The notes beneath the pieces are model-generated. The model was not told the origin of the DNA and did no database searches. It worked only from the letters and a program-made list of their open reading frames with translations. Source: Planctomycetales bacterium (GTDB lineage: Bacteria > 4484-113). Taken from it: a stretch of DNA of 64,000 bases. The stretch's first letter is position 1. Every line of letters begins with the position of its first letter. Where the stretch lies: positions 192,001 through 256,000 of the forward strand of contig JBBIRS010000001.1 of the NCBI GenBank assembly GCA_037441675.1. The letters run 5' to 3'. Shown here one piece after another: positions 1-11,250 of the stretch. Both the position numbers and the translations under genes were made by a program.

Positions 1-184
1 TAGATTTTTATCCTTCATTCTTCTCAGTTATGCTAGAGCCAAAAACCATACTGGTCAAGCTCCACCTTGCTCCAATTTTGCATCTTAAAAGAGAATAGTA
101 AAAAGCACAGAACTAGGCGACTGCTTTTCAAGCATTTTAGCTTTCTTAAAGTGTTAGAATTGGTTTTTAGGTAGATTTGAACCA

Positions 185-2944
185 GTGGGAATATTTGAAT
201 TAATTTTTGATTCAAACAAACGGGAGCTTGCTCGTCTTGTAAAGCTGGTTGCGCAGATAAACGAGTTCGCTCCCAAAATCGAAGGTAAGTCCCTTGACTT
301 CTACCGTGAACGTATATCACAAATCCGAGCCGAGATTGAAGGCTCTCCCAAGGAAAAACATGAAGAATTAATGAGAAAGCACCTTCCCGAGGTTTTCGCA
401 ATCGTAAGAGAAACCTCGGCTAAAACCATTGGACTTAGACACTTTGACGTTCAAATGATAGCGGGCATAGTTCTTCACGAGGGGCGAATCGCGGAACAGA
501 AGACTGGCGAGGGTAAAACCCTTTCTGCTACTCTTGCGGTAACTTTGAACGCTTTAACCGGTAGAGGCGTCCATGTTGTGACAGTTAACGATTACCTGGC
601 AAGGCGTGATGCCGAATGGATGGGACCAATTTACAAAGTTCTTGGGCTAACCGTTGGCGCTCTACAGCACGATACAGATATAGCGAGTAGAAAGGAACTT
701 TACCAGTTGGACATTCTCTACGGCACAAACAATGAATTTGGCTTTGACTACCTTCGGGACAATATGGTCATTCACGTTAACGATATTGTTCAAAGGGATC
801 TCTATTACGCAATTGTGGATGAGGTTGATTCCATCCTTATAGATGAAGCACGAACTCCACTAATCATTAGTGGGACGAGTACTGAGGATACCTCAATGTA
901 CTATCGCGCGAACGAAATCGTGCAAAGGCTTAAGGGAAAAGATGTTACCGGACAGGAAAAACCGACAGACATTTTTGCGGACAGAAAGAGCGTGGATGAT
1001 TCCCATAAGGATTGGGATTTTGAATACGATCGCAAAGCTCACACTGTTTCCCTAACCACTCGTGGCATAACGAAGGTTCAGCGGGAACTTTCAGATGTTT
1101 TAGGTAGCACCGACTTATTTGACTTTGAAAACAGCGAGATTCTGCACTTCATTCAGCAAGCGTTAAGGGCACACTCCCTCTATGAGAATGAGGTTGACTA
1201 CATCGTTAAAGACGGTCAGGTCATCATAGTTGATGAGTTTACAGGAAGACTTATGTTCGGTCGAAGGTACTCTGACGGTTTGCATCAAGCAATTGAGGCA
1301 AAGGAAGGGCTAAAGGTAAAGGCAGAATCTCAAACTCTCGCAACGATAACGATACAGAATTATTTCAGAATGTACGAGAAGTTGGCAGGTATGACCGGGA
1401 CTGCAAAGACAGAAGAGGAAGAATTTAAGAAAATCTACGGATTTGACGTTGTAGTCATACCAACAAATAAGCCTATGATAAGAAAGGATTATCCCGATGC
1501 AGTCTATAAGACTGAGCGTGGGAAATTCAAGGCAATTGTAGAAGAGGTAGCGGAGTGTTACAAGCGTGGTCAGCCTGTTCTCGTAGGTACAATAAGTATT
1601 GAAAAGAGCGAGCGAATTTCTCGGCTTCTTCAAGCCAAAGGCATCCCGCATGAAGTCCTTAACGCAAAGTATCACGAAAAGGAAGCCCTAATAGTAGCTC
1701 AAGCTGGAAGGTATAAAGCAGTAACAATCGCTACGAATATGGCAGGGCGGGGAACGGATATAGTCCTCGGGGGCAACCCAGAGTATCTAGCGAGAGAAAG
1801 GATGAAAGCTCGAGGGCTTAACTGGGAAGAAGAGAAAGAGCTTTACGAGAAGTTCCTAGCCGAGGCAAAGGCGGAAACTGAAGGCGAACATGAGAAGGTT
1901 GTTTCCCTAGGCGGTTTGCATATCATCGGAAGTGAGCGCCATGAATCGCGAAGGATTGACAATCAGCTTAGGGGTAGGGCAGGCCGTCAGGGTGACCCTG
2001 GCTCTTCACGATTCTTCCTTTCCCTTGAGGATGACCTGATGAAGATGTATGGCGGAGAAAGAATTGCTTGGATTATGGATAAGATTGGCTTGTCAGAGGA
2101 AGAAAGAATTGAGCATCCTCTTTTAACCAGGGCAATAGAGAATGCGCAGAAAAAGGTTGAAGCTAGAAACTTTGACATTAGAAAAACAGTCCTTCAATAT
2201 GACGACGTAATGAATAAACAGCGCGAGGTTATCTACTCCGAGCGCAAAAATATACTTAAAGGTGAAAACCTTAGAGAACAAACCCTAAGCTTCTTGAAAG
2301 AAATGATTAACGCACTTGTTGATAAACATTCTCTGCAAAGCATAAAAAAGCAAGTTGATGTCAACTATGAAGAGCTTTTCGCTGAAATTAACTTATCTCT
2401 TCCCTTAACAGGGCTCACATTTGAAGATATTAACAACAAACATCCCGAAGAGTTGAAGAAAGAAATTTATTCCCATATGGTTTCAGCCTATCAAAAGAGG
2501 GAAGAAGAGATAGGCGAAGAGTTAATGCGGGAAATAGAGCGCGTTATTACCCTTAGAACGATAGATGAGAACTGGATAGATCACTTGAATATCCTAGATC
2601 ACCTTCGTGAAGGCATAGGACTTAGGGGCTATGGGCAGGTTGATCCAATCGTAGTTTTCGCGCAGGAGGCGTTTGAACTCTTCGATGCCTTGAAGGTGAA
2701 AATCCAGACAGATACAGTTAGTAGACTGTTTAGGGTTCAAGTGCGTCAGGAGAAACCCGTTGAGAGAAAAAGTGCCTATAACATTTTAGGCGCATACCAG
2801 CCCACCTCCAGTGGTGAAGGAAGGGGTGTAACACTTAAGCGGAAAATTCCCAAAGTGGGTAGAAACGACCCCTGCCCTTGCGGAAGTGGCAAGAAGTACA
2901 AGAAATGCCACGGAAGACCTGGACTGGAAGAAGAAATTGCTTGA
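185..2944 (+). CDS. secA: Preprotein translocase ATPase SecA
   Basis: 919 aa; Walker [59 protein letters not shown]-terminal SEC-C motif [18 protein letters not shown]. Confidence 0.99.
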   Translation: MGIFELIFDSNKRELARLVKLVAQINEFAPKIEGKSLDFYRERISQIRAEIEGSPKEKHEELMRKHLPEVFAIVRETSAKTIGLRHFDVQMIAGIVLHEGRIAEQKTGEGKTLSATLAVTLNALTGRGVHVVTVNDYLARRDAEWMGPIYKVLGLTVGALQHDTDIASRKELYQLDILYGTNNEFGFDYLRDNMVIHVNDIVQRDLYYAIVDEVDSILIDEARTPLIISGTSTEDTSMYYRANEIVQRLKGKDVTGQEKPTDIFADRKSVDDSHKDWDFEYDRKAHTVSLTTRGITKVQRELSDVLGSTDLFDFENSEILHFIQQALRAHSLYENEVDYIVKDGQVIIVDEFTGRLMFGRRYSDGLHQAIEAKEGLKVKAESQTLATITIQNYFRMYEKLAGMTGTAKTEEEEFKKIYGFDVVVIPTNKPMIRKDYPDAVYKTERGKFKAIVEEVAECYKRGQPVLVGTISIEKSERISRLLQAKGIPHEVLNAKYHEKEALIVAQAGRYKAVTIATNMAGRGTDIVLGGNPEYLARERMKARGLNWEEEKELYEKFLAEAKAETEGEHEKVVSLGGLHIIGSERHESRRIDNQLRGRAGRQGDPGSSRFFLSLEDDLMKMYGGERIAWIMDKIGLSEEERIEHPLLTRAIENAQKKVEARNFDIRKTVLQYDDVMNKQREVIYSERKNILKGENLREQTLSFLKEMINALVDKHSLQSIKKQVDVNYEELFAEINLSLPLTGLTFEDINNKHPEELKKEIYSHMVSAYQKREEEIGEELMREIERVITLRTIDENWIDHLNILDHLREGIGLRGYGQVDPIVVFAQEAFELFDALKVKIQTDTVSRLFRVQVRQEKPVERKSAYNILGAYQPTSSGEGRGVTLKRKIPKVGRNDPCPCGSGKKYKKCHGRPGLEEEIA

Positions 2945-3094
2945 TCACCTCTAAAATAGTCCTTTCAGCATTTACCAAGTGAATCTTTGAGAGAATTCTT
3001 TCACAGGGTTAGAAGTTAACAGGCTGGTTTCTTCGCGGCTCTCTTTTTCTCCACTATCTTAGACACAATTCTTGGACTGATATAATCTGGCATT

Positions 3095-4222
3095 GTGCAT
3101 GTGTTAATCATTGCTGGAAGGGCTGGAGATGGCACTTGTGGAGTAAGTGACCACTCCCTCTTTTTAGCTATAGCTCTAAGTCAGCATATTCAGGTTTCTC
3201 TTCTCTGTCGTGAGGGAATGGGCCCAAGAGACGAGTATAAAAAAATACTTGACTCCTCAAATGTTCATCTTGTTCCTATCAAAAGCTTCGGCATAAACAA
3301 CTTCAAGGGGGTTCTGGCAACGATAAATCAAATAAAGCCTGACATCATTCATCTTCAGTATCCCGCGCGGGAATTTAGGCTATCCGCCTTTCCGTTGTCT
3401 CTTGCGTTAGAGAAGCGAAGACTAGGTAAATCTCTCTTGGGTCTCACTCTTCATGAGTATGCGGTATCTCACCCGCTAAGAAAACTATACTCAAGCCTTC
3501 TAATGCGTGCTTCAGACTTCATAATCGTTCCATCTTGGCGTAGTTTTTCAGTCTTAAGGAATGGATATGCTCAGAGGGTTTTTCATATACCAGATGGTGC
3601 ATTCTTCCATTTAGTTTTAGAATCCCTCTCAATTGGAAAAGGAAGTTTCAAGAGAAGGAACAGGCTTCTGTATTTTGGCTTTCCGAGTAAGACCAAGCGA
3701 CTAGGAGAGCTTATAAAAATCGTCCGCAATCTACGCAATCATAAAAAGCTTTCTCAAATAACCCTTGGGATAGTTAGCCAGAGTTACTACGAGTCTTCTG
3801 CCAAGAATCTCTCTTCTAGTCTCTCTCAATTCGTTGAGTTCTTTCCATTTCAAGACGTCGTGTCCCTTTATAAGTTAGCCCAAGAGAGCCTTCTAGTTAT
3901 TTTCCCCTTTAGTTTTGACACCCATAGAAGCTCCCTAATAAACGCTCTTAGCTTTAATATGCCAATTTACTATTTTGGTGTTGAAGAAGGCTTGGAGGAG
4001 CACTTCAAGGATGGACTGTGTTTCTATTCAGAAAAGGGTGACATGGAACAAAATGAGCTCATTTTGCGCGAACTGATAGTTAATCTTCTTCAAAATTACG
4101 AAGAAACGAGCAGAAGGATTTTACAAGCTCAGAGCAAACTGCTTGAATCCTTAAACATAAGTAAGATTGCCAACGCTCACGCTCTCCTCTACAATAACCT
4201 CCTGAGGAGTGAATCGACTTGA
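3095..4222 (+). CDS. Glycosyltransferase, GT-B fold (GT4-like)
   Basis: CGVSDH N-terminal motif, PDIIHLQYP, TLHEY, YFGF, RSSLINAL; overlaps the next gene in a glycan operon. Confidence 0.8.
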   Translation: MHVLIIAGRAGDGTCGVSDHSLFLAIALSQHIQVSLLCREGMGPRDEYKKILDSSNVHLVPIKSFGINNFKGVLATINQIKPDIIHLQYPAREFRLSAFPLSLALEKRRLGKSLLGLTLHEYAVSHPLRKLYSSLLMRASDFIIVPSWRSFSVLRNGYAQRVFHIPDGAFFHLVLESLSIGKGSFKRRNRLLYFGFPSKTKRLGELIKIVRNLRNHKKLSQITLGIVSQSYYESSAKNLSSSLSQFVEFFPFQDVVSLYKLAQESLLVIFPFSFDTHRSSLINALSFNMPIYYFGVEEGLEEHFKDGLCFYSEKGDMEQNELILRELIVNLLQNYEETSRRILQAQSKLLESLNISKIANAHALLYNNLLRSEST

Positions 4223-5574
4223 GGCTCATAAGTAGTTTCATATTCATACTACTTCTCTTGCTGGTAGGTGGTGCCGCGCATTCTCAATCTATAGAACTTC
4301 CGCCAGGCTTCCCTCCTCTCAGGGATGACATTGATGTTTTCGCTCCATTTAGGATTGTTCCAACTAATCCGTTCTTAGTTAAGGACAAAAACTTTCAACC
4401 CATCGGCATAACCCTTCAACCCGAACTCCTCTCTCCCGAATATCTCCAACTCGCTTCTGAATTGAAGCCCGGTATGCTCAGACTAAGAATAGAAGAATCA
4501 GACTTTCTAGACCCAAATTCTGCCAACTTTATAAAGCTTGAATCCATCGTGGATAGTATAACTAAACAAGGTACTGATATTCTCCTGGTTTTAGATACTA
4601 ACTTTGTGGATGCAGGTCTATACTCAGCATTTTTCGCGCGGGTGTTTGGTGCAGTTGGTAGCAAGGTCCGTGAATATCAGCTTCTAGACAACATAAATTT
4701 ACGCACCGGTATCTCACTTCCAGCGCTAAGTGAAGCTATTTCCATAATCAGAAGTCTCCGGGCGCAAAGGTCTTGGGATTTTGATATAGTATTAGGGGGA
4801 ATATTAGGAATAGATCAGAACTTTATAAACAAGCTTAACTCCATGCACATTGTTGATCGCGTTGACGCTGTTGCCTTTAATCTCTTTCCAACATCATCTG
4901 GGATGGAACTCTCATCAAACGCCCCCGGAATAATCGCTCCCCACTCTATTTACGAAGCAGGTTTGTTGTTCCACAACCTCTCCTCGAATAACAAAAAAGT
5001 TTATGTTACGAGCCTAGGTGTCTCAACCGCGCTACCTCCATTCGGCGTTTCCCAACTGGAGCAGGCTTCTATGCTATCGCGGGCATCCTTGTATCTTCTC
5101 AATCTAGGTGCATCAAGGATTTTCCTCAGTTCCCTTATGGATACCGATCCTTTCAGTCTTACTCCTGCTGAATCAAGTGGGCTTGTTATGGCTGATAAAA
5201 CGCCAAAGGTTAGTTTCTCTGTTATGAAGAATCTATGTTCAATTCTGAAAGGCAGTTATTTTATTGTTCCCTACTATCTGTTTCAGATGAGTAACGAGTT
5301 TCCCGCGGAAGGTGATCCCACATTTGCCCTCCATCTATATAATCCCAATGAAAAAACAATTCACTTTATTTACTGGCTTACGACAGTTACGACCTTTGAG
5401 AGATTCACCAATCTAATTGTTTATCGTCCCGCCCTTGAGCCTCTATCTCAGGTTAACCTTCTCACGGGAGAAACTGCCTCTGTTCCTTTTCGACGAGGTG
5501 GAAACTTGCTTGTCTTTTCCCATCTACCCATTTCGCATATTCCAACTTCTATCAAATTCAAGGCTGAGGGATAA
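4219..5574 (+). CDS. Secreted glycoside hydrolase clan GH-A-like TIM-barrel protein, catalytic glutamates apparently lost
   Basis: Signal peptide (AHS|Q); strand pattern ILLVLD, YQLLDNIN, IVLGG, DAVAFNLFP, VYVTSLG, GLV...PK follows GH5/GH39-type barrels. Confidence 0.6.
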   Translation: MRLISSFIFILLLLLVGGAAHSQSIELPPGFPPLRDDIDVFAPFRIVPTNPFLVKDKNFQPIGITLQPELLSPEYLQLASELKPGMLRLRIEESDFLDPNSANFIKLESIVDSITKQGTDILLVLDTNFVDAGLYSAFFARVFGAVGSKVREYQLLDNINLRTGISLPALSEAISIIRSLRAQRSWDFDIVLGGILGIDQNFINKLNSMHIVDRVDAVAFNLFPTSSGMELSSNAPGIIAPHSIYEAGLLFHNLSSNNKKVYVTSLGVSTALPPFGVSQLEQASMLSRASLYLLNLGASRIFLSSLMDTDPFSLTPAESSGLVMADKTPKVSFSVMKNLCSILKGSYFIVPYYLFQMSNEFPAEGDPTFALHLYNPNEKTIHFIYWLTTVTTFERFTNLIVYRPALEPLSQVNLLTGETASVPFRRGGNLLVFSHLPISHIPTSIKFKAEG

Positions 5575-6702
5575 ATGGTAAATGCTCCACCAAGAATAGC
5601 TCTTGTCAACGATTGGATAGTCAGTTTTGGTGGCGCAGAAAGGGTACTTATCGTTATGCACAAGCTCTTTCCAACTGCTCCCATTTTCACTCTCTTTTGG
5701 GATAAAGATGCAACCCCTTCAGACTTGGAAGATGCTCTCATCATTCCATCGGTTCTCCAACGCTTTCCGCGTGCGATTGCGAATTATCAAAGCCTCCTCC
5801 CTCTTTATCCATACGCCGTAGAACAGTTTGATCTCTCAAGGTTTGATGTAGTTATCTCCCTCTCCCATGCCTCTGCTAAGGGTGTGATAACTTCATCTTC
5901 GCAGAAACACCTCTGCTACTGTTACACTCCTATGCGTTACATTTGGGACCATTACCATACATATCTTAAGAATCTACGGCTCTCGCCTCTAAAAAGCTTA
6001 GTATTCAGGCTAAGCGCAAGTTACTTGCGCCAGTGGGATTACATCTCTGCCCAACGCATTGACCACTTTATTGCCATATCTGAAACGGTGAAAGAACGTT
6101 TAGAGCGGATTTATAGGAGAAAGTCGATAGTAATATATCCACCGGTGGACACGAATTTCTTTGTCCCCCTAGCAGAGGATCAGCGCGCAAATGAGTATTT
6201 TTTAATGGTTGGCAGGTTTGTAGCTTATAAAGCCTTTGAATTTGTAATTGAGCACTTCAACTACAGAGATGAACCCTTGCTTATAGTTGGTGATGGTCCC
6301 CTGCGTAAGAGGTTAATGCGACTTTCCAAGAATCCAAAGATAGAATTTGTCGGGACATTATCGGACGAAGAACTGCGCGTTCTTTATCAAAACGCCCTTG
6401 CCTTGATATTTCCCACATTCGAAGACTTCGGGCTTGTTCCCGTAGAGGCGATGGCTTGTGGGACACCAGTCATTGGTTACTCTAAGGGTGGTTGCGCTGA
6501 ATCGGTTATTGACGGCGAAACGGGAATTCTGCTTTTTGACCAGACCACTACCTCTTTGGAGAAAGCCATCGGCAGATTTTACGCTACTCGGTTTGATCGG
6601 GAGAAAATTCGGGAGCGCGCAAAATGTTTTGATGTGAGCATATTTGAGCAAAAAATGAAGCAAGCGGTTGACGCAGTATTTTCAGAGCTATCTCAATCAT
6701 AA
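5575..6702 (+). CDS. Glycosyltransferase family 4
   Basis: DW...GGAERV, YCYTPMRYIWD, VIYPPVD, EDFGLVPVEAMACGTPVI (E-x7-E). Confidence 0.95.
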   Translation: MVNAPPRIALVNDWIVSFGGAERVLIVMHKLFPTAPIFTLFWDKDATPSDLEDALIIPSVLQRFPRAIANYQSLLPLYPYAVEQFDLSRFDVVISLSHASAKGVITSSSQKHLCYCYTPMRYIWDHYHTYLKNLRLSPLKSLVFRLSASYLRQWDYISAQRIDHFIAISETVKERLERIYRRKSIVIYPPVDTNFFVPLAEDQRANEYFLMVGRFVAYKAFEFVIEHFNYRDEPLLIVGDGPLRKRLMRLSKNPKIEFVGTLSDEELRVLYQNALALIFPTFEDFGLVPVEAMACGTPVIGYSKGGCAESVIDGETGILLFDQTTTSLEKAIGRFYATRFDREKIRERAKCFDVSIFEQKMKQAVDAVFSELSQS

Positions 6703-6768
6703 TCGGGAAATTTTAACTTCCCGCTGTAATGTATCTTATCCGCTAAAATGCATTTTAGGTAAAAGCGA

Positions 6769-8208
6769 ATGATGAGAGAGGGGAAAAGCGGTATACCCGA
6801 GTCTGAACGAACCTCACCGCTCTTCACAGGCCTAATAAATGCGCGCGCATCGCCTATTCTCTTCTCAATAGCTCACCTCATAGTGGACGCTCTTATGTTA
6901 TTTCTCGGATTTAGCTTAGCGTATCTAATCAGGTTTAAGAGCGGGCTTCCGGTTCCTCTAGGCAGAGTCCCGTACTCTTCTTATCTCATCCTTTGGCTTA
7001 TCAGCCTGCCTATTTGGTGGTTAGTTTTTGCTTATCACGGGTTATACTTCTCCCGCTTAAAAGATTCCTTCTCTTCGGAACTTTCACGCCTTCCATCCGC
7101 TGTGAGTCTTAGCATAATCCTCACTATAATCGTCTCCTTTGCAGTTAGAGGACTACCCGAATCCCGCCTTACCTTTATCTTTCAGTTTGTCTTTAGTTTC
7201 CTATTAATTGTTGTCGGAAGGAGAATATTGCGATACTTAACTGCAAGCCCTTCACCTTCAATCTTTCTTTTGGGTGATTCGCCGATAATTGAGATCCTTA
7301 AGTTTCGTCTTCGGAGAAGATATGGGAAGAATGCCAAAGTATTTCTGTTCTCAGAGGAAGATTTACGGCTTGAATCCTTAGAGTTTCAGGATGCAGAAAG
7401 GCTAGTCAGGGAAAAAATCTTAAAGGAAAAGCCACTTGAGGTCATTGCCGTTAATGTAAAGTGGAAGGAGCTAACCGATGCCCTTATGATGATTGCGTTA
7501 AATGGCTCAACGAGAGTTCGATTTATGCCGGCGGGGGAAAGCCTCTTTTTAGGCTCAACCCATCTTTCTTCGGAGTACGGTTTTCCAGAAATTTGCCCCA
7601 AGATTAGGGATGAAATCATAGCCATTTCTCGTGCCAAGAGAGCATTTGACATTATTATAGGTAGCCTAATTTTTATCCTTGTGCTCCCACTGATGTCAAT
7701 TATCGCTTTTCTCATCTGGTTAACATCGCCTGGTCCAGTTTTTTTCGTGCATAAGCGCAGTGGTGCATTCGGTAAGGAATTTAAGCTACTCAAATTTAGA
7801 ACGATGTACGAATCCGCATCCCTCCCAAGTGAGCTTCAAGAACAGTTCCTTCGTGAGTATAAATTAAAGGATGACCCTAGGATTACTCCGCTTGGGAAGT
7901 GGCTCAGGCGTCTAAGCTTGGATGAGCTTCCTCAACTCATCAACGTTCTTAAAGGCGAGATGAGCCTAGTTGGTCCTCGTCCAATTGTAAAGGACGAGCT
8001 TGAAAAGTACGGTGTCTGGAAGAACGTGCTACTTATCCTGCTTCCAGGTTTAACCGGACTTTGGCAAGTCTCAGGAAGGAGTGAACTTAGCTACGAGGAA
8101 CGAGTTGATCTTGACATCTACTATATTATGAATTGGAATCCTGCCCTTGATTTTTCCATTCTTCTGAGAACACTAGTTGCCATCCTCTCTGGTCGAGGAG
8201 CTTATTAG
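6769..8208 (+). CDS. Polyprenyl-phosphate sugar-1-phosphate transferase (WcaJ/WbaP family, priming glycosyltransferase)
   Basis: N-terminal TM helices; KRAFD, SPGPVFF, KFRTM, DDPRIT, SLDELPQLINVLKGEMSLVGPRP, PGLTGLWQVSGR. Confidence 0.95.
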   Translation: MMREGKSGIPESERTSPLFTGLINARASPILFSIAHLIVDALMLFLGFSLAYLIRFKSGLPVPLGRVPYSSYLILWLISLPIWWLVFAYHGLYFSRLKDSFSSELSRLPSAVSLSIILTIIVSFAVRGLPESRLTFIFQFVFSFLLIVVGRRILRYLTASPSPSIFLLGDSPIIEILKFRLRRRYGKNAKVFLFSEEDLRLESLEFQDAERLVREKILKEKPLEVIAVNVKWKELTDALMMIALNGSTRVRFMPAGESLFLGSTHLSSEYGFPEICPKIRDEIIAISRAKRAFDIIIGSLIFILVLPLMSIIAFLIWLTSPGPVFFVHKRSGAFGKEFKLLKFRTMYESASLPSELQEQFLREYKLKDDPRITPLGKWLRRLSLDELPQLINVLKGEMSLVGPRPIVKDELEKYGVWKNVLLILLPGLTGLWQVSGRSELSYEERVDLDIYYIMNWNPALDFSILLRTLVAILSGRGAY

Positions 8209-8399
8209 GCTCTAGGGTTTATCCTTACGAACTCTCCACGACTATCTTTTTTGATGCCTCAGCATCATTCTCTTTCAATTGAGACACCATCTTTGCCTGA
8301 TGCACCTCAAAAATAATGGTTATACAATTCATTTGTTTGGCAGAAAATGTATGTTGTGATATAATTTGAGACACCTAAGTTGTATGGAGGGAATATTAA

Positions 8400-9716
8400 A
8401 TGCGAAGCATCGGATTGTGGTTTTTAGTCACTGCAATCTTATCGCTCTACTCTTGCGGTGGAGGCGGAGGAAGACCTAGTCCATCACCATCACCGCCACC
8501 ACCCAATAATGTTGACGAGCTTATCCAAGAGGGTAAATCGAGCCTTATTTCCGGAGACGGTTCTTCCGCCTGGAACAGTTTTCAACAAGCGATAAACTTA
8601 GCTCCTACAAACCCGGATGCCAATGTTGGCTTAGCTTTTATTGATTTAATGAGAATCGGAAATGATATAGTCACCTTCCTTTCAGAGGCAAATGAACTAA
8701 TCTTCCGCAACGTTAGCTACCTTCCTGTCAGTGCAGTTGTTGATACTGCGCTTTCCAACGAGACGCTCTTCAATTTCGGGCGATTCGTTGCTCAATCCGA
8801 TAATAATGACTTAAAAATTGAAGAAAAAACCTACCAAGAGATTCGGGAAAAAATCATCTTCATTGTGAATTCGTTGAATTCCATTCTAAACAGATTGGAT
8901 AAAGCTTTAACCTCAACTAGTTCGCTTCCTGGCTGGCGCTTTTCAATTCCTAAAGACTGGAATGATCCAAGCGCAGGAACAATCTCCATTTCACGAGGCG
9001 ATCTTCTACTCTTCTCTGCAAGTTTAGAATTTATTCTCGGTTTTCTCAATTTCTCCATCGCCTACGTGCCAGGCGAAATTGGAATTCGTAAAAATGAGTT
9101 CGGTGATGTTGAAATTACAGGGCTTGGTGAACCAACAGAAGTTGAAGACATTAACGAGGATGGCTACATTGACCTGAACGAGATTATTTCCGCCTCAGGT
9201 TTTCCAAACGGCTTCGGAATGCTCGCAGATGACGGGGCTACTCGCCTAGAGGATATGGTGAGGGCATGGCGAAATGCTTTTAATGATGTGAAGGAAGGCT
9301 TTGATAGTTACATTCAAGGAAATGAGCTCGTGGGTCATTGGGCGTTTGATATGACAGGAGAGGACTTCAACGACTTCGTCAACGACTGGGACTCCTATAT
9401 CAAAGCCTACCTGGAAGACTTAATTCAGGCATTTGAAAATGGCGCAACCTTATCGGTGCGACCGGAAGTTCTCTCGGATTTTCCAGAGTTAGAGGATGAT
9501 CCGGGAACGGACTTTTCCCTTTCAGTCAATTTCGCGGAATTCTTTACGAATCTTCCATCAGACTTGCGGAACTTTCCAATTCGCTTCATAATGGATGTTG
9601 ATGGCTCTTTACGGCTCCCCGTAAATGTGGAAGACGCCTTCCCAGATACAGAAGTCCTTGGGCTCTTCCCCGGCGGGCTTTCCCAAGAAAATTTCGAGAA
9701 GCTCTTTGGAAATTAA
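8400..9716 (+). CDS. Lipoprotein with TPR-like helix pair and EF-hand-like loop, function unknown
   Basis: GGAGG RBS; lipobox LYS-C then GGGGG and a Pro-rich tether; AWNSFQQAINLAPTNPDA TPR-like; DINEDGYIDLNE. Confidence 0.75.
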   Translation: MRSIGLWFLVTAILSLYSCGGGGGRPSPSPSPPPPNNVDELIQEGKSSLISGDGSSAWNSFQQAINLAPTNPDANVGLAFIDLMRIGNDIVTFLSEANELIFRNVSYLPVSAVVDTALSNETLFNFGRFVAQSDNNDLKIEEKTYQEIREKIIFIVNSLNSILNRLDKALTSTSSLPGWRFSIPKDWNDPSAGTISISRGDLLLFSASLEFILGFLNFSIAYVPGEIGIRKNEFGDVEITGLGEPTEVEDINEDGYIDLNEIISASGFPNGFGMLADDGATRLEDMVRAWRNAFNDVKEGFDSYIQGNELVGHWAFDMTGEDFNDFVNDWDSYIKAYLEDLIQAFENGATLSVRPEVLSDFPELEDDPGTDFSLSVNFAEFFTNLPSDLRNFPIRFIMDVDGSLRLPVNVEDAFPDTEVLGLFPGGLSQENFEKLFGN

Positions 9717-9756
9717 ATCATAAATCATATGGTAGTCCGTCCTAAGCTAGAATCTC

Positions 9757-11136
9757 GTGCGTCCATCTTTAGTTCTTTTTGGTTCTCTAATTATCCTATT
9801 GCTTCCCTTGGGAAGACATGGGCTAGCTGATCCGCTCAATCTCCTGATGAAGGAAATTCCAGGTTCAGAATCTCTCTGGGAACCTCTTCCATTGAAAGAA
9901 GATTTTCCGCATTTTGGCAGGAGCAAGTTGCGCCTCAGCTTCTCTTCGGGCAATCTTGTCAGGTACAAGATTGACGGAGTAAGAAAGTACTTCTTAACAT
10001 CCGCTGGATCTGGCTATGAATTCGTTAGAAATAACGGCTCATCGTTTTTCTCATTCAGAGCTTCCGCTCTAGACACAACAGTTGCGCTTAGTGGCGGTAA
10101 TAATTCAAACCATTTAACCTGCGACAAAAGAACGCTATTTCTTGAAGGAGGCATAAGGGTTCCCATGAATAAATCAAGTTCCCTTCTCGGTGGCGGTAGT
10201 TTCTCATCTTTAAGATTACCCGGCAAAGGAAAGCTTACTTCCTTATCAACGGAAATTCCAGGGTTTTCCGAGACTTCACCAGCAGAGCTTAATTGGATGG
10301 AAGATGGCTGGGAGTACTATTTAACCTACCTCAGAGAAGAAAACTACATAGGCGCACTTTACTCGGAAAATTCCATTAACGTGGATACTCGTCTGAGTAA
10401 TGTTACCGATTCAGTGGTGTTAGAGGTTCACGAATCAACAAAAACCCTAGGCTTATACGGTGGCGCCAGGATGGGGAAGAGCTTGATGGTAAAGTTTTCC
10501 TACCGAGAAGGTGATGGTTTCGGCTCGGATGGTATTTTCAAAAGCCATGAACGCCTAGGTCCTGTAAATTTGAAAAGTCGCTTTCGGCATATCGGGTTTT
10601 CTATTTCCGAGTTGGAGGATGACCCATCCTGGGTTGCCGACTACATGAGAGGTGAGTACTCCGTTCCCATTTCGGCTAGTTCAAGCCTAGAGGGTTTTGG
10701 CGGTCCTGTGTTTGGGATTATCTCTCCAAGGGTGCACGTGAATTCATTCAGCAGAACGACCCTTTCAACCGCGCTATTGAAGCTTGATTTAGGCAAATTA
10801 CTCGGGGATAGTTCAAGGCTTTCCCTCGGGGCAACTAGATGGGACATTGATACCTATACAACTACCTGGGAGTCACTTCTTTTCGGTTCAGCTAAGTTCA
10901 ACGAGAAATCCCACCGACTAAGTTTAGAATCTGGCTGGCTTGCGCACGTTGGCTTAGAAGCCACTTGGGAGCTCTCCCCTCATACCAGTTTAATTGCATT
11001 CGTTGGGCAAAGTGTTCCCATCCGAACAGTCGTTGCAAGAAAACCACCAATACCCCCTGCTCCTCCTGCGCCAGCCAAAGAAAAGTCCCTTGATGGTGGA
11101 AGGTTTTTCAGCCTTACTTATGCTTATGAATTCTAA
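9757..11136 (+). CDS. Putative outer-membrane beta-barrel protein
   Basis: Signal peptide (GLA|D); many alternating amphipathic strands; C-terminal beta-signal LTYAYEF. Confidence 0.6.
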   Translation: MRPSLVLFGSLIILLLPLGRHGLADPLNLLMKEIPGSESLWEPLPLKEDFPHFGRSKLRLSFSSGNLVRYKIDGVRKYFLTSAGSGYEFVRNNGSSFFSFRASALDTTVALSGGNNSNHLTCDKRTLFLEGGIRVPMNKSSSLLGGGSFSSLRLPGKGKLTSLSTEIPGFSETSPAELNWMEDGWEYYLTYLREENYIGALYSENSINVDTRLSNVTDSVVLEVHESTKTLGLYGGARMGKSLMVKFSYREGDGFGSDGIFKSHERLGPVNLKSRFRHIGFSISELEDDPSWVADYMRGEYSVPISASSSLEGFGGPVFGIISPRVHVNSFSRTTLSTALLKLDLGKLLGDSSRLSLGATRWDIDTYTTTWESLLFGSAKFNEKSHRLSLESGWLAHVGLEATWELSPHTSLIAFVGQSVPIRTVVARKPPIPPAPPAPAKEKSLDGGRFFSLTYAYEF

Positions 11137-11250
11137 ATGTAACTTTTTAAGGCTTGGAGATTGGCTTATTTACCAATTCTAAAATCCAAATAAAAGAACT
11201 TCTCCTAGAAGCTCAAGCGTTGATTAAGTTTTTCCCCTAAAATTATGGTC

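Noticed and set aside
1..18. Possible start (MKDKNL) of a minus-strand gene leaving the window
   Set aside because: Too little sequence to support
33..401. 122-aa minus-strand ORF
   Set aside because: Mostly antisense to secA; no recognisable motifs
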